This document shows, piece by piece, positions 10,527 to 21,195 of a stretch of 64,000 bases of DNA. The stretch's first letter is position 1, and each line of letters starts with the position of its first letter. Made by a program: the position numbers and the translations under genes. This DNA is from an uncultured Actinomycetota bacterium (lineage in GTDB: Bacteria > Actinomycetota > Acidimicrobiia > Spongiisociales > UBA4744): assembly GCA_963718995.1 (NCBI GenBank), contig CAVRAP010000020.1, positions 36,912 through 100,911 on the forward strand, written 5' to 3'. Under the pieces are notes generated by a model. The model did no database searches. It saw only the letters and a list, made by a program, of their open reading frames with translations, and was not told the origin of the DNA.

Positions 10527-13073
10527 GCGTCTCGGACTTCTTTGCGAACCAGCCGTTTCGTCCGGACGCATTTCAGGAGGTCGCGGCCGAAGCTATCGAG
10601 AGTGGAGCGTCGGTCGTGGTCGCCGCCCCAACCGGGTCCGGCAAGACACTGGTAGCAGAGGTGGCGGTGCACCTGGCTCTGGCCCGTGGTCGGCGGGCCT
10701 TCTACACAACACCGATCAAGGCGCTGTCGAACCAGAAATTCGCCGATTTTCGGACTTCCTATGGCGACGAGCGGGTGGGTCTGCTGACCGGCGACAACTC
10801 CATCAACGGAGACGCCCCCATCGTGGTCATGACCACCGAGGTGCTCCGCAACATGATCTACTCGGATCCACAAGCCCTCGACGATCTCGATACCGTGATC
10901 CTCGACGAGGTTCACTACTTGCAGGATCGGTTCCGCGGCGCTGTTTGGGAGGAGGTCATCATCCATGCCCCCACCCATATTCAACTCGTCTGTCTATCCG
11001 CAACGGTATCTAACGCCGATGAGTTCACCGACTGGGTACGCACCAGACGCGGACCAACCACGCTGGTCATCGAAGACACTCGTCCGGTTCCGCTGGAAAG
11101 CCTGTACGCGCTGAAGGACCGGTTTTCGGACAACGGCCTGATCATCGAGCCAATGCTGGTGCGGCGCAAGGGTCGGCCAGAGGCGAACCCGGACATCGTA
11201 AGAATGCTGGCGCGAAAGCGAAGCAGCAGGCGATTCGCCACCCCGCGCCGGGGTGAGGTCGTGGCAGCGCTGGCGGCCCAGAACATGCTCCCGGCCATCT
11301 ACTTCATTTTCAGCCGGGCCGGCTGCGAAGACGCCGCCGGACGCCTCATGGAATCGGGGATTCGTCTCACTACGACCGACGAACGCGCGGCGATCCGGCT
11401 GCACGCCGAACAGCGGACCAGTCACCTGGGTGAGGAAGATCTTGCCGTCCTCGGGTACGACCGGTGGGTCTCACTTCTGCAATCAGGGCTGGCGGCGCAC
11501 CATGCAGGACTGGTCCCCGCCTTCAAGGAGACGGTGGAAGAGTTGTTCCTGCGCGGTCTCATCCGGGTGGTGTTCGCTACCGAGACGCTGGCCCTCGGCA
11601 TCAACATGCCGGCGAAGACGGTCGTGCTGGAAAACCTCTCGCGTTTCACCGGAGAAACCCACGAGGTGCTCCGGCCCGGTGACTACACCCAGCTCACGGG
11701 TCGGGCCGGAAGGCGCGGCATCGACACGCAGGGTTACGGAGTGGTGCTCCATTCGCGCTTCATCCAGTTCGACCGGGTAGCCGGCATTGCTTCTGCGGGC
11801 TCGCATGCCCTACGTTCCAGCTTCCGGCCGACCTACAACATGGCAGCCAACCTGGTTGCCAACTATCCGCAGGCACAGGCGGAGAAGCTACTGAATGCCT
11901 CGTACGGGCAATATCAGCGCAAGAAAAGCGTCACCTCGTTGCGCCGGTCGCTCGAACCAAAAGAAGAGCGGCTCGCCGCTCTCCACAAGGACGCACAGTG
12001 CGAAAAGGGCGACGTGGGTGAATACCTGAGGCTGCTCAAGGTGGTCGACGGGGCCGGCCAGAAGCGGGCCGCCGGCGACTTCATCCGCACCCTACAACCG
12101 GGTCAGGTTCTCGAGATCCCGGGGGGGAAACGCTCGGGTCGATACGTGGTCGTCAAGCAGTGGCGCGGGGCGGACCCTCCGCCGCGTCGTGGTGCTCTCG
12201 GAACAAGGAAACGTGGCCCAGTTCCGTTCGGTGGACCTCAGCCCGGGAACCGCCCGGCTGGGCCCCCTCGCACTTCCCAAGCCGTATCGCCCTCGAGATC
12301 CCCGATTCCAGCAGCTCGCTGCCCGCGCGCTAAGGAACTTCCAATCGACCAGGGCGGAACCCATGGTGCGGCCCGCAGCCGATCCCGTCGCAGAACACCC
12401 GGTAGCCGACTGCCCGGAGCGTGCCAAGCACGTCAAGGCAGCCCGTCTCGTCGAGCGAGCGGGTAGAGAAGTGGACCGCCTCCGCCACCAGCTCAACTTC
12501 GAGGGTGAGGGACTCGTCGAGGAGTTTCACGCCATTCTCGGGCTGCTATCCGACTGGGGATATGTCGACGGTTGGGGGTTGACGCCTGCCGGCGAACGGC
12601 TGCGGTTCATCTACAACGAACTCGATCTGCTCCTCGCCGATACGGTGGCGCGCGGTGTGTTCGACGATCTCGACCCTGCCGAAACTGCCTCGCTCGGTTC
12701 GTGTTTTGTTTACGAACCGCGCGCAGAGCAAACCGATGGGCAGATGCCGACGGCCCGCCTGGCGGAACGTTGGAGTACGGTCGTCGACCGTGGCACTGCT
12801 CTGAACCAGGCGGAACGCCAAAGACGTCTTCCGGAAACCCGCTCTCCCCACCCCGGGTTCTCTGAGCTCGCCTTTGCCTGGGCGCACGGCGAGGATCTCG
12901 AATCGCTCCTCGAGGATGACGACCTGGCAGCCGGTGACTTCGTGCGCACCTGCCGGCAACTGCTGGATCTATTGCGACAGATTCGAGACGCCGAGCCGGG
13001 GCTGCGTAAGCAGATCTCCGACGCGATCCGTATGCTCGACCGAGGTGTTGTCGCAGCGGGAGGTTCGGTTTGA
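10523..13073 (+). pseudogene. helY: Ski2-like DEAD/DEAH-box RNA helicase HelY, +1 frameshift near 12188
   Basis: Walker A APTGSGKT, DEVH box, helicase C, then a DSHCT-like C-terminal part in ORF 12189..13073. The junction ...DPPPR|VVVLSEQ is restored by deleting one c in ccgccgcgtCgtggtg. Confidence 0.85.
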
Positions 13074-13954
13074 ACGACTGGCTCGTCATCGCAAACCCGT
13101 ACGCGGGCCGGCGACGAGAGATCGAGCAGCGAACCCGCAAGGCCCTGGAGGCTCAGCGGATTGAGGCGGACATTGTCGCTCCGTACGGGGAAGCGGAGGT
13201 ACAAGCCTGCATCGATGAAGCGGTGGCGGCCGGTCGGGACCGGGTAGTTGCCGTCGGCGGGGACGGGACCATCAACCTGGTGGTCGATGCACTGATGCAA
13301 CATCGTTGGGAGCATCCGCCAACGCTCGGTGTCCTGCCTGCCGGTTCGGGCTCCGACTTCGTACGAACATTTGGAATCTCGCAACGTCTCGAGGATGCCG
13401 CCGGTCATTTGAGCGGGGATCAGGTCTACCCGTCTGATGTCGGTCTCCTGCGGGGAGCCTGGGGAGAGCGGCACTTCATCAACATTGGCGATGCTGGAGT
13501 CCTGGCTGCGCTCGTGAGACGGGCCGAGCGGCTCCCACGCTGGCTCGGCTCCGTTCGGTACCACGTTGCGCTTCCGCTCGTCTATCCCCGATTCCCGCAG
13601 GCGGAGATCAGGTTGGTCGCGGGGAAGCGAACCTACGAAGGGCCCGCCTTGTTGGTCGTCTTCGCCAACGCCCAGTTCTTCGGCGGAGGATGGAATATCG
13701 CGCCCCGGGCGACTGTGACCGACGGGCTGTTCGACATGCAGGTATTCAGCGGTTCGAAGCGAGACATTCCTCGGCTATGGTTGCGCGCCAAGAGCGGGGA
13801 CCACCTACGCGACAAGAAAGTGCAGAGGTTCTCGGCAGACCGATTCACGCTCGAGACCGACCCGGAGTGGCCGGTCGAGGCGGACGGAGAGTTTTTCGGG
13901 TCCGGCAGGGTGGAGGGCGAGATCCTGACGGGAGCGATCAACGTAAAGATTTAG
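13070..13954 (+). CDS. Diacylglycerol/lipid kinase catalytic-domain protein (DAGK_cat, YegS-like)
   Basis: ...VVAVGGDGTINLVV... GGDG motif. Confidence 0.8.
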   Translation: MNDWLVIANPYAGRRREIEQRTRKALEAQRIEADIVAPYGEAEVQACIDEAVAAGRDRVVAVGGDGTINLVVDALMQHRWEHPPTLGVLPAGSGSDFVRTFGISQRLEDAAGHLSGDQVYPSDVGLLRGAWGERHFINIGDAGVLAALVRRAERLPRWLGSVRYHVALPLVYPRFPQAEIRLVAGKRTYEGPALLVVFANAQFFGGGWNIAPRATVTDGLFDMQVFSGSKRDIPRLWLRAKSGDHLRDKKVQRFSADRFTLETDPEWPVEADGEFFGSGRVEGEILTGAINVKI

Positions 13955-14026
13955 GAAAGCGCCGCGAGTCACGAGTGAACCGCGAGGACGGTATATACTC
14001 CCGCCGCTTTTGGAACCGGAGGAGAC

Positions 14027-14490
14027 ATGGCCCGCAAGCCCAAGGTGCTCGACGAATCCGATGGTGGAGTCGACGACGCGGACATTGGCGCAGATGAAGA
14101 GACTGATGCAGACGAGCTTGATGAAACAGAGCTCGATGTCGACGACCTGGACGACGTTGTCGACGACGTCGAAGCGGAGGTCGTCGAGACGATGACGATG
14201 CCGACGTCACGGACGATGACGATGACGATGACGATGCCGACGACGAAGCTGATGAGGCCCTCGAGGAACTCGAGGCGGAGGAACTCGAGCTCCTGGCGGA
14301 AGAGGCAGCCGATTCGTTGTTGGTCGACGAGGCGACGGAGCTGAGAGAGATCCGCCGGGCAGAACTCGGCCTCAACATTGGAGCCCAGGCGGCCCGCGTC
14401 GACGAGTTTGTCTGCTCCTCGTGTTTCCTGGTGAAGCGCACCAGCCAGCTGGCCAACAAACGGAAACTCATCTGTCGCGACTGCGTATAG
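14027..14490 (+). pseudogene. DUF4193-family protein (acidic N-terminus plus C-terminal CSSCF...ICRDC zinc ribbon), -1 frameshift inside a (GATGAC)n tract near 14189
   Basis: ATG at 14027 with GGAGGAG Shine-Dalgarno. Frame-2 N-terminus MARKPKVLDESDGG...DD. Frame-1 C-terminus ...RRAELGLNIGAQAARVDEFVCSSCFLVKRTSQLANKRKLICRDCV* matches the DUF4193 signature. Confidence 0.6.
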
Positions 14491-14506
14491 CGGCCCGGAT
14501 ACCTCG

Positions 14507-15241
14507 ATGCGCGCCGATGAGGTCACGGTCGTAGTACCCACCTACAACGAGCGTGAGAACCTTGAAGCACTGGTGAAGGCCATTCTGCCGAATGGCTTCC
14601 GGGTCTTGGTCGTCGATGACGGTTCCCCGGACGGAACCGGGACCCTGGCCGACGAACTGGCCGCCTCATACGAGCTGGTTGCGGTGCTCCACCGCCCGGC
14701 AAAGGAAGGACTCGGGCCTGCCTATGCAGCCGGATTCGGACACGCGTTGGCGCATGGGGCCCGGGTGGTTTGCGAGATGGACGCCGACTTCTCCCACGAT
14801 CCGAACGATCTCCCGCGCCTGATCGAGGTCGTTACGTCTGGCAGTGCCGACCTGGCCATCGGCAGCCGGTACGTACCCGGTGGCTCGACCCCCGACTGGC
14901 CGATGCACCGGCGGCTCCTCTCTCAGGGCGGCAACTTCTACGCCCGTATCATGCTCGGTCTGGCGGTACGCGATGTCACGGCCGGATTCCGGGCTTATCG
15001 CGCCGGTGGTCTAGCTCAGCTCCACGCGGACACCTGCCAGGCGTCCGGCTACGGGTTCCAGGTTGAACTGGCCTGGCGGGCCAGTCGCGCGGGGCTACGG
15101 ATTGTTGAGGTACCGATCATCTTTCGCGACCGGGTCTACGGTGAGTCGAAGATGAAAGGCAAGATCGTGATCGAAGCTATGTGGCTGGTGACCAAGTGGG
15201 GATTCGGACGGCGGACCGGTAGGGGCGGCGCAGAACGATGA
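14507..15241 (+). CDS. ppm1: Polyprenol-phosphate mannosyltransferase (GT2, Ppm1/Dpm1-like)
   Basis: VVVPTYNEREN...VVDDGSPDGT... GT2 family motifs. Confidence 0.8.
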   Translation: MRADEVTVVVPTYNERENLEALVKAILPNGFRVLVVDDGSPDGTGTLADELAASYELVAVLHRPAKEGLGPAYAAGFGHALAHGARVVCEMDADFSHDPNDLPRLIEVVTSGSADLAIGSRYVPGGSTPDWPMHRRLLSQGGNFYARIMLGLAVRDVTAGFRAYRAGGLAQLHADTCQASGYGFQVELAWRASRAGLRIVEVPIIFRDRVYGESKMKGKIVIEAMWLVTKWGFGRRTGRGGAER

Positions 15242-15711
15242 TCGTCGAGGCGCGACGGGCCGCGGCAGCGGATCTTCCCGAACTGGTTCGGCTGTACCTG
15301 CTCCTGGCGGATGAGATGGGCGAGTACCACCGAATGTGGGAGCTAGCCGATGGGTTGCCGGAACCGGTCGAGGGAGCGCTCCAAGCAGCTCTGCATGATG
15401 AGCACACCGCCATATACCTGGGCCTGATCGACGGTGTCGTCTTCGGGTTCATTCTGGGGAGATCCGAACCTTTGCTGGCTCAGGCCCGGGGCCAGCGTAT
15501 CGGTTCGATCAGATTCGTTTTCACAGAACAGGACGCCCGCGAAGTCGGGGTAGGTGAGGCGATGCGTGAAGCGCTGCTCGAAGACCTGAGGGCTCGCGGA
15601 CTGCGCCTTTTCGATGCTCACGTGCTCCCCGGACACCGGCTGGTCAAGAACTTCTTCGAGTCCGGAGGATTCTCGGCACGCACGATCGTCATGCACCACC
15701 GCGATGACTAA
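15238..15711 (+). CDS. GNAT family N-acetyltransferase
   Basis: Acetyl-CoA-binding-like ...VGVGEAMREALLEDLRARGL... Confidence 0.7.
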   Translation: MIVEARRAAAADLPELVRLYLLLADEMGEYHRMWELADGLPEPVEGALQAALHDEHTAIYLGLIDGVVFGFILGRSEPLLAQARGQRIGSIRFVFTEQDAREVGVGEAMREALLEDLRARGLRLFDAHVLPGHRLVKNFFESGGFSARTIVMHHRDD

Positions 15712-16141
15712 CCCCAGGCCGATTCCCGGCGTGGGTATCGCCGTGATCAACGGTGATGATCTCCTTCTGGTCAAACGGGGGAGAGGCCCCAACGCCGGCT
15801 TGTGGGCTGTTCCAGGGGGGAAAGTGGATTACGGAGAGTCCATGGTGGATGCCGCAGTTCGGGAACTTCGAGAGGAAACCGGCATCGAGGCCGAACTCGA
15901 GGGAGTGGTTTGGGTTGGTGACGCCATCGGACCCGGCGACCCGCCCGAATGGCACTTCACGTTGGTTGACTATCGAGCCAGGATGACCGGGGGGACGCTC
16001 GAAGCAGCCGATGACGCCGCGGAAGCTGCGTGGGTTCCGCTCGATCGGGTGCTCGACCTTCCGTTGACGTCGACGATGCCGGGTCTGATTTCCGTTCTTC
16101 TCACCGCCCGCAAAGGAGATCGCCCGGATGACGACGGGTGA
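15707..16141 (+). CDS. NUDIX hydrolase
   Basis: Nudix box GGKVDYGESMVDAAVRELREETGI. Confidence 0.75.
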   Translation, partial: TNPRPIPGVGIAVINGDDLLLVKRGRGPNAGLWAVPGGKVDYGESMVDAAVRELREETGIEAELEGVVWVGDAIGPGDPPEWHFTLVDYRARMTGGTLEAADDAAEAAWVPLDRVLDLPLTSTMPGLISVLLTARKGDRPDDDG

Positions 16142-17576
16142 GATTGCCGAACTCCTCCAGGAACTGATTCGCAACGCCTGCGTCAACGACGGGACGCCTG
16201 AGAGTGGCCACGAGGAACGTTCCGTGGCGACGCTGCGCGACTATTTCGGGCAATCCGGTCGCGAATTCGAGCCGCTCCCGGGACGGACCTCGGTTCTCTA
16301 CGATCTGCCCGCCACCGATCGGAAAGAGCCAAAACTCCTGCTGATGGGGCACCTCGATGTGGTCCCGGCCAACCCGGATGGCTGGCGTCACGATCCGTTC
16401 GGAGGCGAACAGATCGACGGGTTCCTATGGGGTCGGGGAGCCGTCGACATGCTCAACCTGACTGCGGCCATGGCTGCCGTTTTCAAGGGCTTTCTCGACG
16501 GGGTTGCGACGCCGCCGCCCGGAGGGCTGGCGTTTCTGGCTGTGGCCGACGAGGAGGCAGGCGGCCGGTGGGGCGCTCACTACCTGACCGAGCACCATTG
16601 GGACGAGGTCGCTTGTGACTATCTGCTGACCGAGATTGCCTACCCGCCGATCCGGACCCGCACCGGCCCGGCCTACCCGGTGTGTGTGGGGGAGAAAGGC
16701 CCATTTTGGCGTCGGGTGAGAACCACCGGCACTCCCGGGCACGCCAGTCAGCCATATGGAACGGAGAATGCTCTCGTGCCGGTTGTCCGGGCGCTCACGA
16801 AACTGGTCGAGGCCGCTTCGCCGGTCGTCATGAGCCCCGAATGGACCGCGTTCGTGGAAGGCCTCGAGTTACCCGCGAGCCTGGCTGCAGACCTCACCGA
16901 CCCCGACCGGATCGACCTGGCCATCGAGGCCCTCTCTGGTGATCGGCCGGGTTTCGCACGGTATGTGCACGCCTGCACCCACCTGACCGTGACGCCTACC
17001 GTGCTTCGGGCCGGGACCAAGACCAACACGATCCCCGACGCCGCCGTGGCCGAGATCGACGTGCGGGCCCTTCCCGGTCAGGATGCCCGGACGGTAGATG
17101 ACCATTTCCGCAAGGCCACCGGACCGGACTACGAGCAACTCGAGATCGAACCGATCGCCGACTTCCCGGCATCGGCAACTGCTCCGACCGGCCCGCTGTG
17201 GGCCGCCATCGTGGACGCAATCGAGGGGCTTACCGGATCGCGCCGCGTGCTTCCCACCCTGACCCCGGCGACCACGGATGCCCGGTTTTTCCGGGCGCGG
17301 GGCACCCTCGCCTACGGCCTCGGGCTCTTCGACGAACGAGTAGATTTCGACGAATTCCTGGGGATGTTCCACGGTAACAACGAGCGGGTAAGTATCGACT
17401 CCCTTGGCATGACGGCCAACGTGCTGGCCCGGACGATCACCGCGTCTGTGAGTCGGTTGCCCGGCCGCCTCAGGACTCGTCTTCGAAGCTCCTCATCACA
17501 AGACCCGAGCGCGGTTTTGGAACGAAAAAGGTGCTCTTCTGAGGGAAACGCAGACGGGCTGCGGTTGCCGCGCTGA
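16128..17576 (+). CDS. M20 family metallopeptidase (dipeptidase/ArgE/DapE-like); last ~110 nt probably artefactual read-through
   Basis: ...LLLMGHLDVVPA...GRGAVDMLN... M20 metal-binding motifs. The C-terminal 40 aa (LRTRLRSSSSQD...) are low-complexity and overlap the conserved C-terminus of the convergent DUF1015 gene. An in-frame stop at 17449 in the +1 frame suggests an indel removed the true stop. Confidence 0.8.
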   Translation: MTTGEIAELLQELIRNACVNDGTPESGHEERSVATLRDYFGQSGREFEPLPGRTSVLYDLPATDRKEPKLLLMGHLDVVPANPDGWRHDPFGGEQIDGFLWGRGAVDMLNLTAAMAAVFKGFLDGVATPPPGGLAFLAVADEEAGGRWGAHYLTEHHWDEVACDYLLTEIAYPPIRTRTGPAYPVCVGEKGPFWRRVRTTGTPGHASQPYGTENALVPVVRALTKLVEAASPVVMSPEWTAFVEGLELPASLAADLTDPDRIDLAIEALSGDRPGFARYVHACTHLTVTPTVLRAGTKTNTIPDAAVAEIDVRALPGQDARTVDDHFRKATGPDYEQLEIEPIADFPASATAPTGPLWAAIVDAIEGLTGSRRVLPTLTPATTDARFFRARGTLAYGLGLFDERVDFDEFLGMFHGNNERVSIDSLGMTANVLARTITASVSRLPGRLRTRLRSSSSQDPSAVLERKRCSSEGNADGLRLPR

Positions 17577-18654
17577 TGGCCGCTTCTGGGACGGTCGCCA
17601 TCAGGGCGACGGCTCCTTGCGGTTGCCCGTTTCCGACTTGGAGAGCCTCGAGCGGGTCGGCGAAATAGACGGCCTGGCTCTCCTCGACGTCGAGGAGCGG
17701 GTAGAGCAACTCGCGAGCCACGGCCGGACTGGCGAGCCGCCACGGTTCCGGCAACGTTTCCAACACTTCGGGCCGGGCCGTGAGCGTGATCGGGCCGGAA
17801 GCGTGCCCTGTGCCTGCGGCAAGGACGATCGTGCCCGGCACGTCGGGTGGGGTAGGGTCGCTGGTTTCGATCGTGAACCGTTCCCCCAGTCGGGTGGGGT
17901 CGAAAGACACACGGGGAAAGACCCTATGCGTAGGTCCGATGGTCAGGCCGCTGCCCTGGGCGGGGACGAGGAAGGTCATGATGGCGTCCCAGGGGCCGGG
18001 TCCCGACTGTCCCGACTGGTAGGCCAGGCCGGTTGTGTAACGGTGGTGGCCATCGGCGATGGCCACCGGATGAGCGGCTACTGCCGACGAGATCGCAGTG
18101 ATGACGTCGGGATCGTCGATGTCGTAGAGGCTGTGTTCAACGCCCTCGATCTCGAAGGACAACCTGGGAGCTCCCGGCGCATGCAGGAAATCCGGGAACT
18201 CGGACGAGGGCGTGAGAGCAATGATGAGATCGAGATTGGCCCGGGTGGCGGCCAGCACCGCCAGTCGATCTGCCTTGGTCTTCGGCATCGTCTCCTCGTG
18301 GGGAAGAACTTTCTCACCGAGCGGTAACAGCTGCAAAGCGCCGATGATGCCTGCCGCCGTTCGCTCGATGCCGGCCTGGTCGACGTAGCGCATGTGGTAG
18401 AGATAGAAGCGTCGCCCGGGGTCGGTGCGGACCGTGCCTTCGCTGCGCCATTGGGTGAGCAAGCGTGCCGCTTCCCGGTAGGTAGGATCGCCGGGTCCGC
18501 CCAGCAGCAATCTGACCACGTTGTGGTCTGAGCTATTCCGGTACCGTTGCTCGGCGGCCTCGTTGATAACGTCATACGGTGGGCAGGTCGCCGACGGAAT
18601 ATCAAGAATCCGGGCCGGGTCGAAAAGCGAGCCACGAAATGGTGCGAAGAACAT
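17470..18654 (-). CDS. DUF1015 family protein
   Basis: MFFAPFRG...LPHEETMPKTKADR...KSTFFVPKPRSGLVMRSFEDES. Start chosen at the internal ATG (18654); the ORF track starts at 18693. Confidence 0.75.
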   Translation of the reverse strand: MFFAPFRGSLFDPARILDIPSATCPPYDVINEAAEQRYRNSSDHNVVRLLLGGPGDPTYREAARLLTQWRSEGTVRTDPGRRFYLYHMRYVDQAGIERTAAGIIGALQLLPLGEKVLPHEETMPKTKADRLAVLAATRANLDLIIALTPSSEFPDFLHAPGAPRLSFEIEGVEHSLYDIDDPDVITAISSAVAAHPVAIADGHHRYTTGLAYQSGQSGPGPWDAIMTFLVPAQGSGLTIGPTHRVFPRVSFDPTRLGERFTIETSDPTPPDVPGTIVLAAGTGHASGPITLTARPEVLETLPEPWRLASPAVARELLYPLLDVEESQAVYFADPLEALQVGNGQPQGAVALMATVPEAAISAATAARLRFPQKSTFFVPKPRSGLVMRSFEDES

Positions 18655-19450
18655 GACGGACCCAGTTGTAGCCGGGCGGCGGGCAATCGGCAATGTTGTC
18701 TGCGATCTCGACGGTGTCGTCTATCTGCTCGGGACACCGGTTCCCGGAGCCGGGCAAGCACTTATGGACCTCGAAGCGGCCGGATTCGCGATCCTCTTCG
18801 TTACGAATAACTCAACCCGGACCCCTGAGGTGACCGCAGCCCGGATCGGGAGCCTCACCGGCTACCACGCTGAGCCCCGGCAGGTCATCGGTTCCGCCCA
18901 GGCAGCCGTGTCGTTACTGGCTGCCGGGGCGGGGCCGGTCCTCGTGGTTGGAGGCGCCGGGATACGACAGGCTCTGGCGGACGGTGGCTTCATCGAGACG
19001 GAAGATCCGAAGGCTGCGGCGGCGGTGATCGTCGGCCTGGACACCAGCATCTCGTACGAGAAACTGCGGGACGCCGTGGTAGCGGTTCGGAGCGGTGCGC
19101 GGTTCGTCGCAACGAATACCGACGCCACCTACCCGACTCCGGATGGTCTCTGGCCGGGAGCCGGATCGATGGTTGCCGCGATTGCGGTTGCCTCAGGGAC
19201 CCAGCCGGAGATCGCCGGGAAGCCCCACGCGCCGATCCGCGAGCTGATTCACCGGCGTCTCGAGCCCGGACCCGTTTGGGTGGTCGGTGATCGTCTGGAG
19301 ACGGATCTGGCGATGGCGCAGGCGGAAGGCTGGACCTCGGTGCTGGTGTTGACCGGTGTCGTCCGAACGGCGGAAGAATTGGCCGACGAGCACCGCCCGG
19401 ACCTGATCCTTGCCTCTCTCGCTGAACTACCCGAAGCTCTGCAGGCCTGA
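18653..19450 (+). CDS. HAD-IIA family hydrolase (NagD-like)
   Basis: DLDGVVY... motif I and downstream HAD motifs. Its ATG shares the CATG with the DUF1015 start on the other strand. Confidence 0.75.
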   Translation: MTDPVVAGRRAIGNVVCDLDGVVYLLGTPVPGAGQALMDLEAAGFAILFVTNNSTRTPEVTAARIGSLTGYHAEPRQVIGSAQAAVSLLAAGAGPVLVVGGAGIRQALADGGFIETEDPKAAAAVIVGLDTSISYEKLRDAVVAVRSGARFVATNTDATYPTPDGLWPGAGSMVAAIAVASGTQPEIAGKPHAPIRELIHRRLEPGPVWVVGDRLETDLAMAQAEGWTSVLVLTGVVRTAEELADEHRPDLILASLAELPEALQA

Positions 19451-20188
19451 GTGTTGACGCGTCAGCCTTTGTTGATGGGCTGCAACACGCCGCAACAACG
19501 GTCCGCGCAGGATGAAGGCCACTGCTGCCCCAAACAAGAATCCCCCGACGTGTGCTTGCCAGGCAATGCCGGTGGCGTCGCCGATCAGGGCGAACTGACC
19601 GGCAAACCACAGTATGAGGAAGATCGAAGCAGGAACGGCCACCGGAATGAAGAAGAAGATCGGGAAGACCGATACGACGCGTGCCCGGGGGAAGAGAACC
19701 AGGTAGGCGCCCATTACCCCTGATATCGCGCCGGACGCCCCAACCAGAGGAGTCACTTCTCCCGGGTTGGTCAAGACGAAAGCCGCAGTCGCAGCCAGCC
19801 CCGATGCCAGATAGAGGAGCAGATACCCGCCCGATCCGAACGCATCCTCCACGTTGTTGCCGAAAATCCAGAGGCTCCAGAGGTTCCCGAGCAAGTGGGC
19901 CAGGTTGGCATGCAGGAACATCGAGATGATGGTGCTGGCCAGGAGGTTCTTCGCCGGGTAGAAGGGCGTTCCCACGTCCTCAGCGTTGCAGGCCTGTACG
20001 TCGCCGGAATCGAGGGGTGACAAGGTGGTGAGCTCACACGGAACGGCCGCGTACTCGTACAAGAAACTGCCGAACGCGTCCTCACCACTCGGTTGGATAG
20101 CGAAGAAGACATAGGCGCAGGCGGCGATGATCAGCCAGGTGATCACGGGCCGGGTCAGCGAGGGATTGGCATCACGGATTGGTATCAA
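19427..20188 (-). CDS. Rhomboid family intramembrane serine protease
   Basis: 6-7 TM segments, GASGAISG (GxSG) and HxxxN motifs. Confidence 0.8.
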   Translation of the reverse strand: MIPIRDANPSLTRPVITWLIIAACAYVFFAIQPSGEDAFGSFLYEYAAVPCELTTLSPLDSGDVQACNAEDVGTPFYPAKNLLASTIISMFLHANLAHLLGNLWSLWIFGNNVEDAFGSGGYLLLYLASGLAATAAFVLTNPGEVTPLVGASGAISGVMGAYLVLFPRARVVSVFPIFFFIPVAVPASIFLILWFAGQFALIGDATGIAWQAHVGGFLFGAAVAFILRGPLLRRVAAHQQRLTRQHSGLQSFG

Positions 20189-20226
20189 AGACTGGTTCCA
20201 GTCGGCGTTGCGGTGATAATAGGACT

Positions 20227-20373
20227 ATGGATACTACGGAACTCGAAGAAGCAATCGCCGAACTCGCTGAGATGGATCCGGCGGATGCGCCGGATCCGGC
20301 CGATCAGATCGCCGAAACGCTCGCGGCTCAGCTCGAAGCATCAGAGGAACCCGATACGCCCCGGGTGGGGTGA
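20227..20373 (+). CDS. Small acidic hypothetical protein
   Basis: 48 aa from an internal ATG. Position immediately upstream of tlyA mirrors a small conserved ORF in mycobacteria. Weak. Confidence 0.35.
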   Translation: MDTTELEEAIAELAEMDPADAPDPADQIAETLAAQLEASEEPDTPRVG

Positions 20374-20406
20374 GCGCCCGTGGCCTTCCGCGCGATGACC
20401 TAGCTC

Positions 20407-21195
20407 ATGTCGCAACCCGCCCGACGCCGCCTCGATCTCGAGCTGGTTCGTCGGCACCTCTTCGACAGCAGGACCGAAGCCCAGAATGCCGTCGAGGCCG
20501 GTCGCGTGGTTGTTGGTGGAGTTCCTGCACCCAAGTCGTCGACCCTGGTCGACGGATCCGTTTCCATCCGGGTAACGGGTTCACCCGGTCGCTACGTGTC
20601 GCGTGGGGGAGAGAAACTTGCCGGGGCTCTGCACGGATTTGGCGTGGTGATTCGAGATCGCCGGGCCCTGGATGCCGGAGCGTCCACCGGCGGCTTCACC
20701 GACTGCCTCTTGCAGGAAGGCGCAGCTTCCGTGACGGCTGTTGATGTCGGGTACGGTCAACTCGACTGGTCGTTGCGGAATGACCGACGGGTGGTAGTCC
20801 GGGAACGTCTCAATATTCGCTACGCCGACGTCACGGCGCTGGGTGGACCTTTCGATGTGATCGTCGCCGATCTGTCGTTCATTTCGATCTGCACGGTCGC
20901 GTCAAAACTGTCCGGATTCGCCGCCGCAGACTGCGATGTGATGCTCCTGGTCAAGCCCCAGTTTGAAGTTGGGAAGGGACAGGTTGGCAAAGGTGGGATC
21001 GTGCGCGACCCTGACAAACACAGAGCCGTGCTGGTGCAAGTTATCGAATGCCTCGCTGCAGAAGGTTTGGGGACGGTCGGGGTGATCGTGTCGCCCATCA
21101 AGGGAGCGAAGGGGAACCGCGAGTTCTTTGTCTGGGCCAGGAAAGGAGCTACAACGGTGCAGGACGTTGATCTCGACAAGGTGGTGCGACTGTGA
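20407..21195 (+). CDS. tlyA: TlyA family 16S/23S rRNA 2'-O-methyltransferase
   Basis: S4 domain plus FtsJ-like methyltransferase domain ...DAGASTGGFTDCLL... Confidence 0.85.
   Translation: MSQPARRRLDLELVRRHLFDSRTEAQNAVEAGRVVVGGVPAPKSSTLVDGSVSIRVTGSPGRYVSRGGEKLAGALHGFGVVIRDRRALDAGASTGGFTDCLLQEGAASVTAVDVGYGQLDWSLRNDRRVVVRERLNIRYADVTALGGPFDVIVADLSFISICTVASKLSGFAAADCDVMLLVKPQFEVGKGQVGKGGIVRDPDKHRAVLVQVIECLAAEGLGTVGVIVSPIKGAKGNREFFVWARKGATTVQDVDLDKVVRL

Noticed and set aside
14190-14245. The (GATGAC)n tandem repeat as a CRISPR-like or intergenic microsatellite.
   Set aside because: It lies inside a coding region and simply encodes a poly-Asp tract. There are no spacers or CRISPR repeat architecture. 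No CRISPR arrays were found anywhere in the window.
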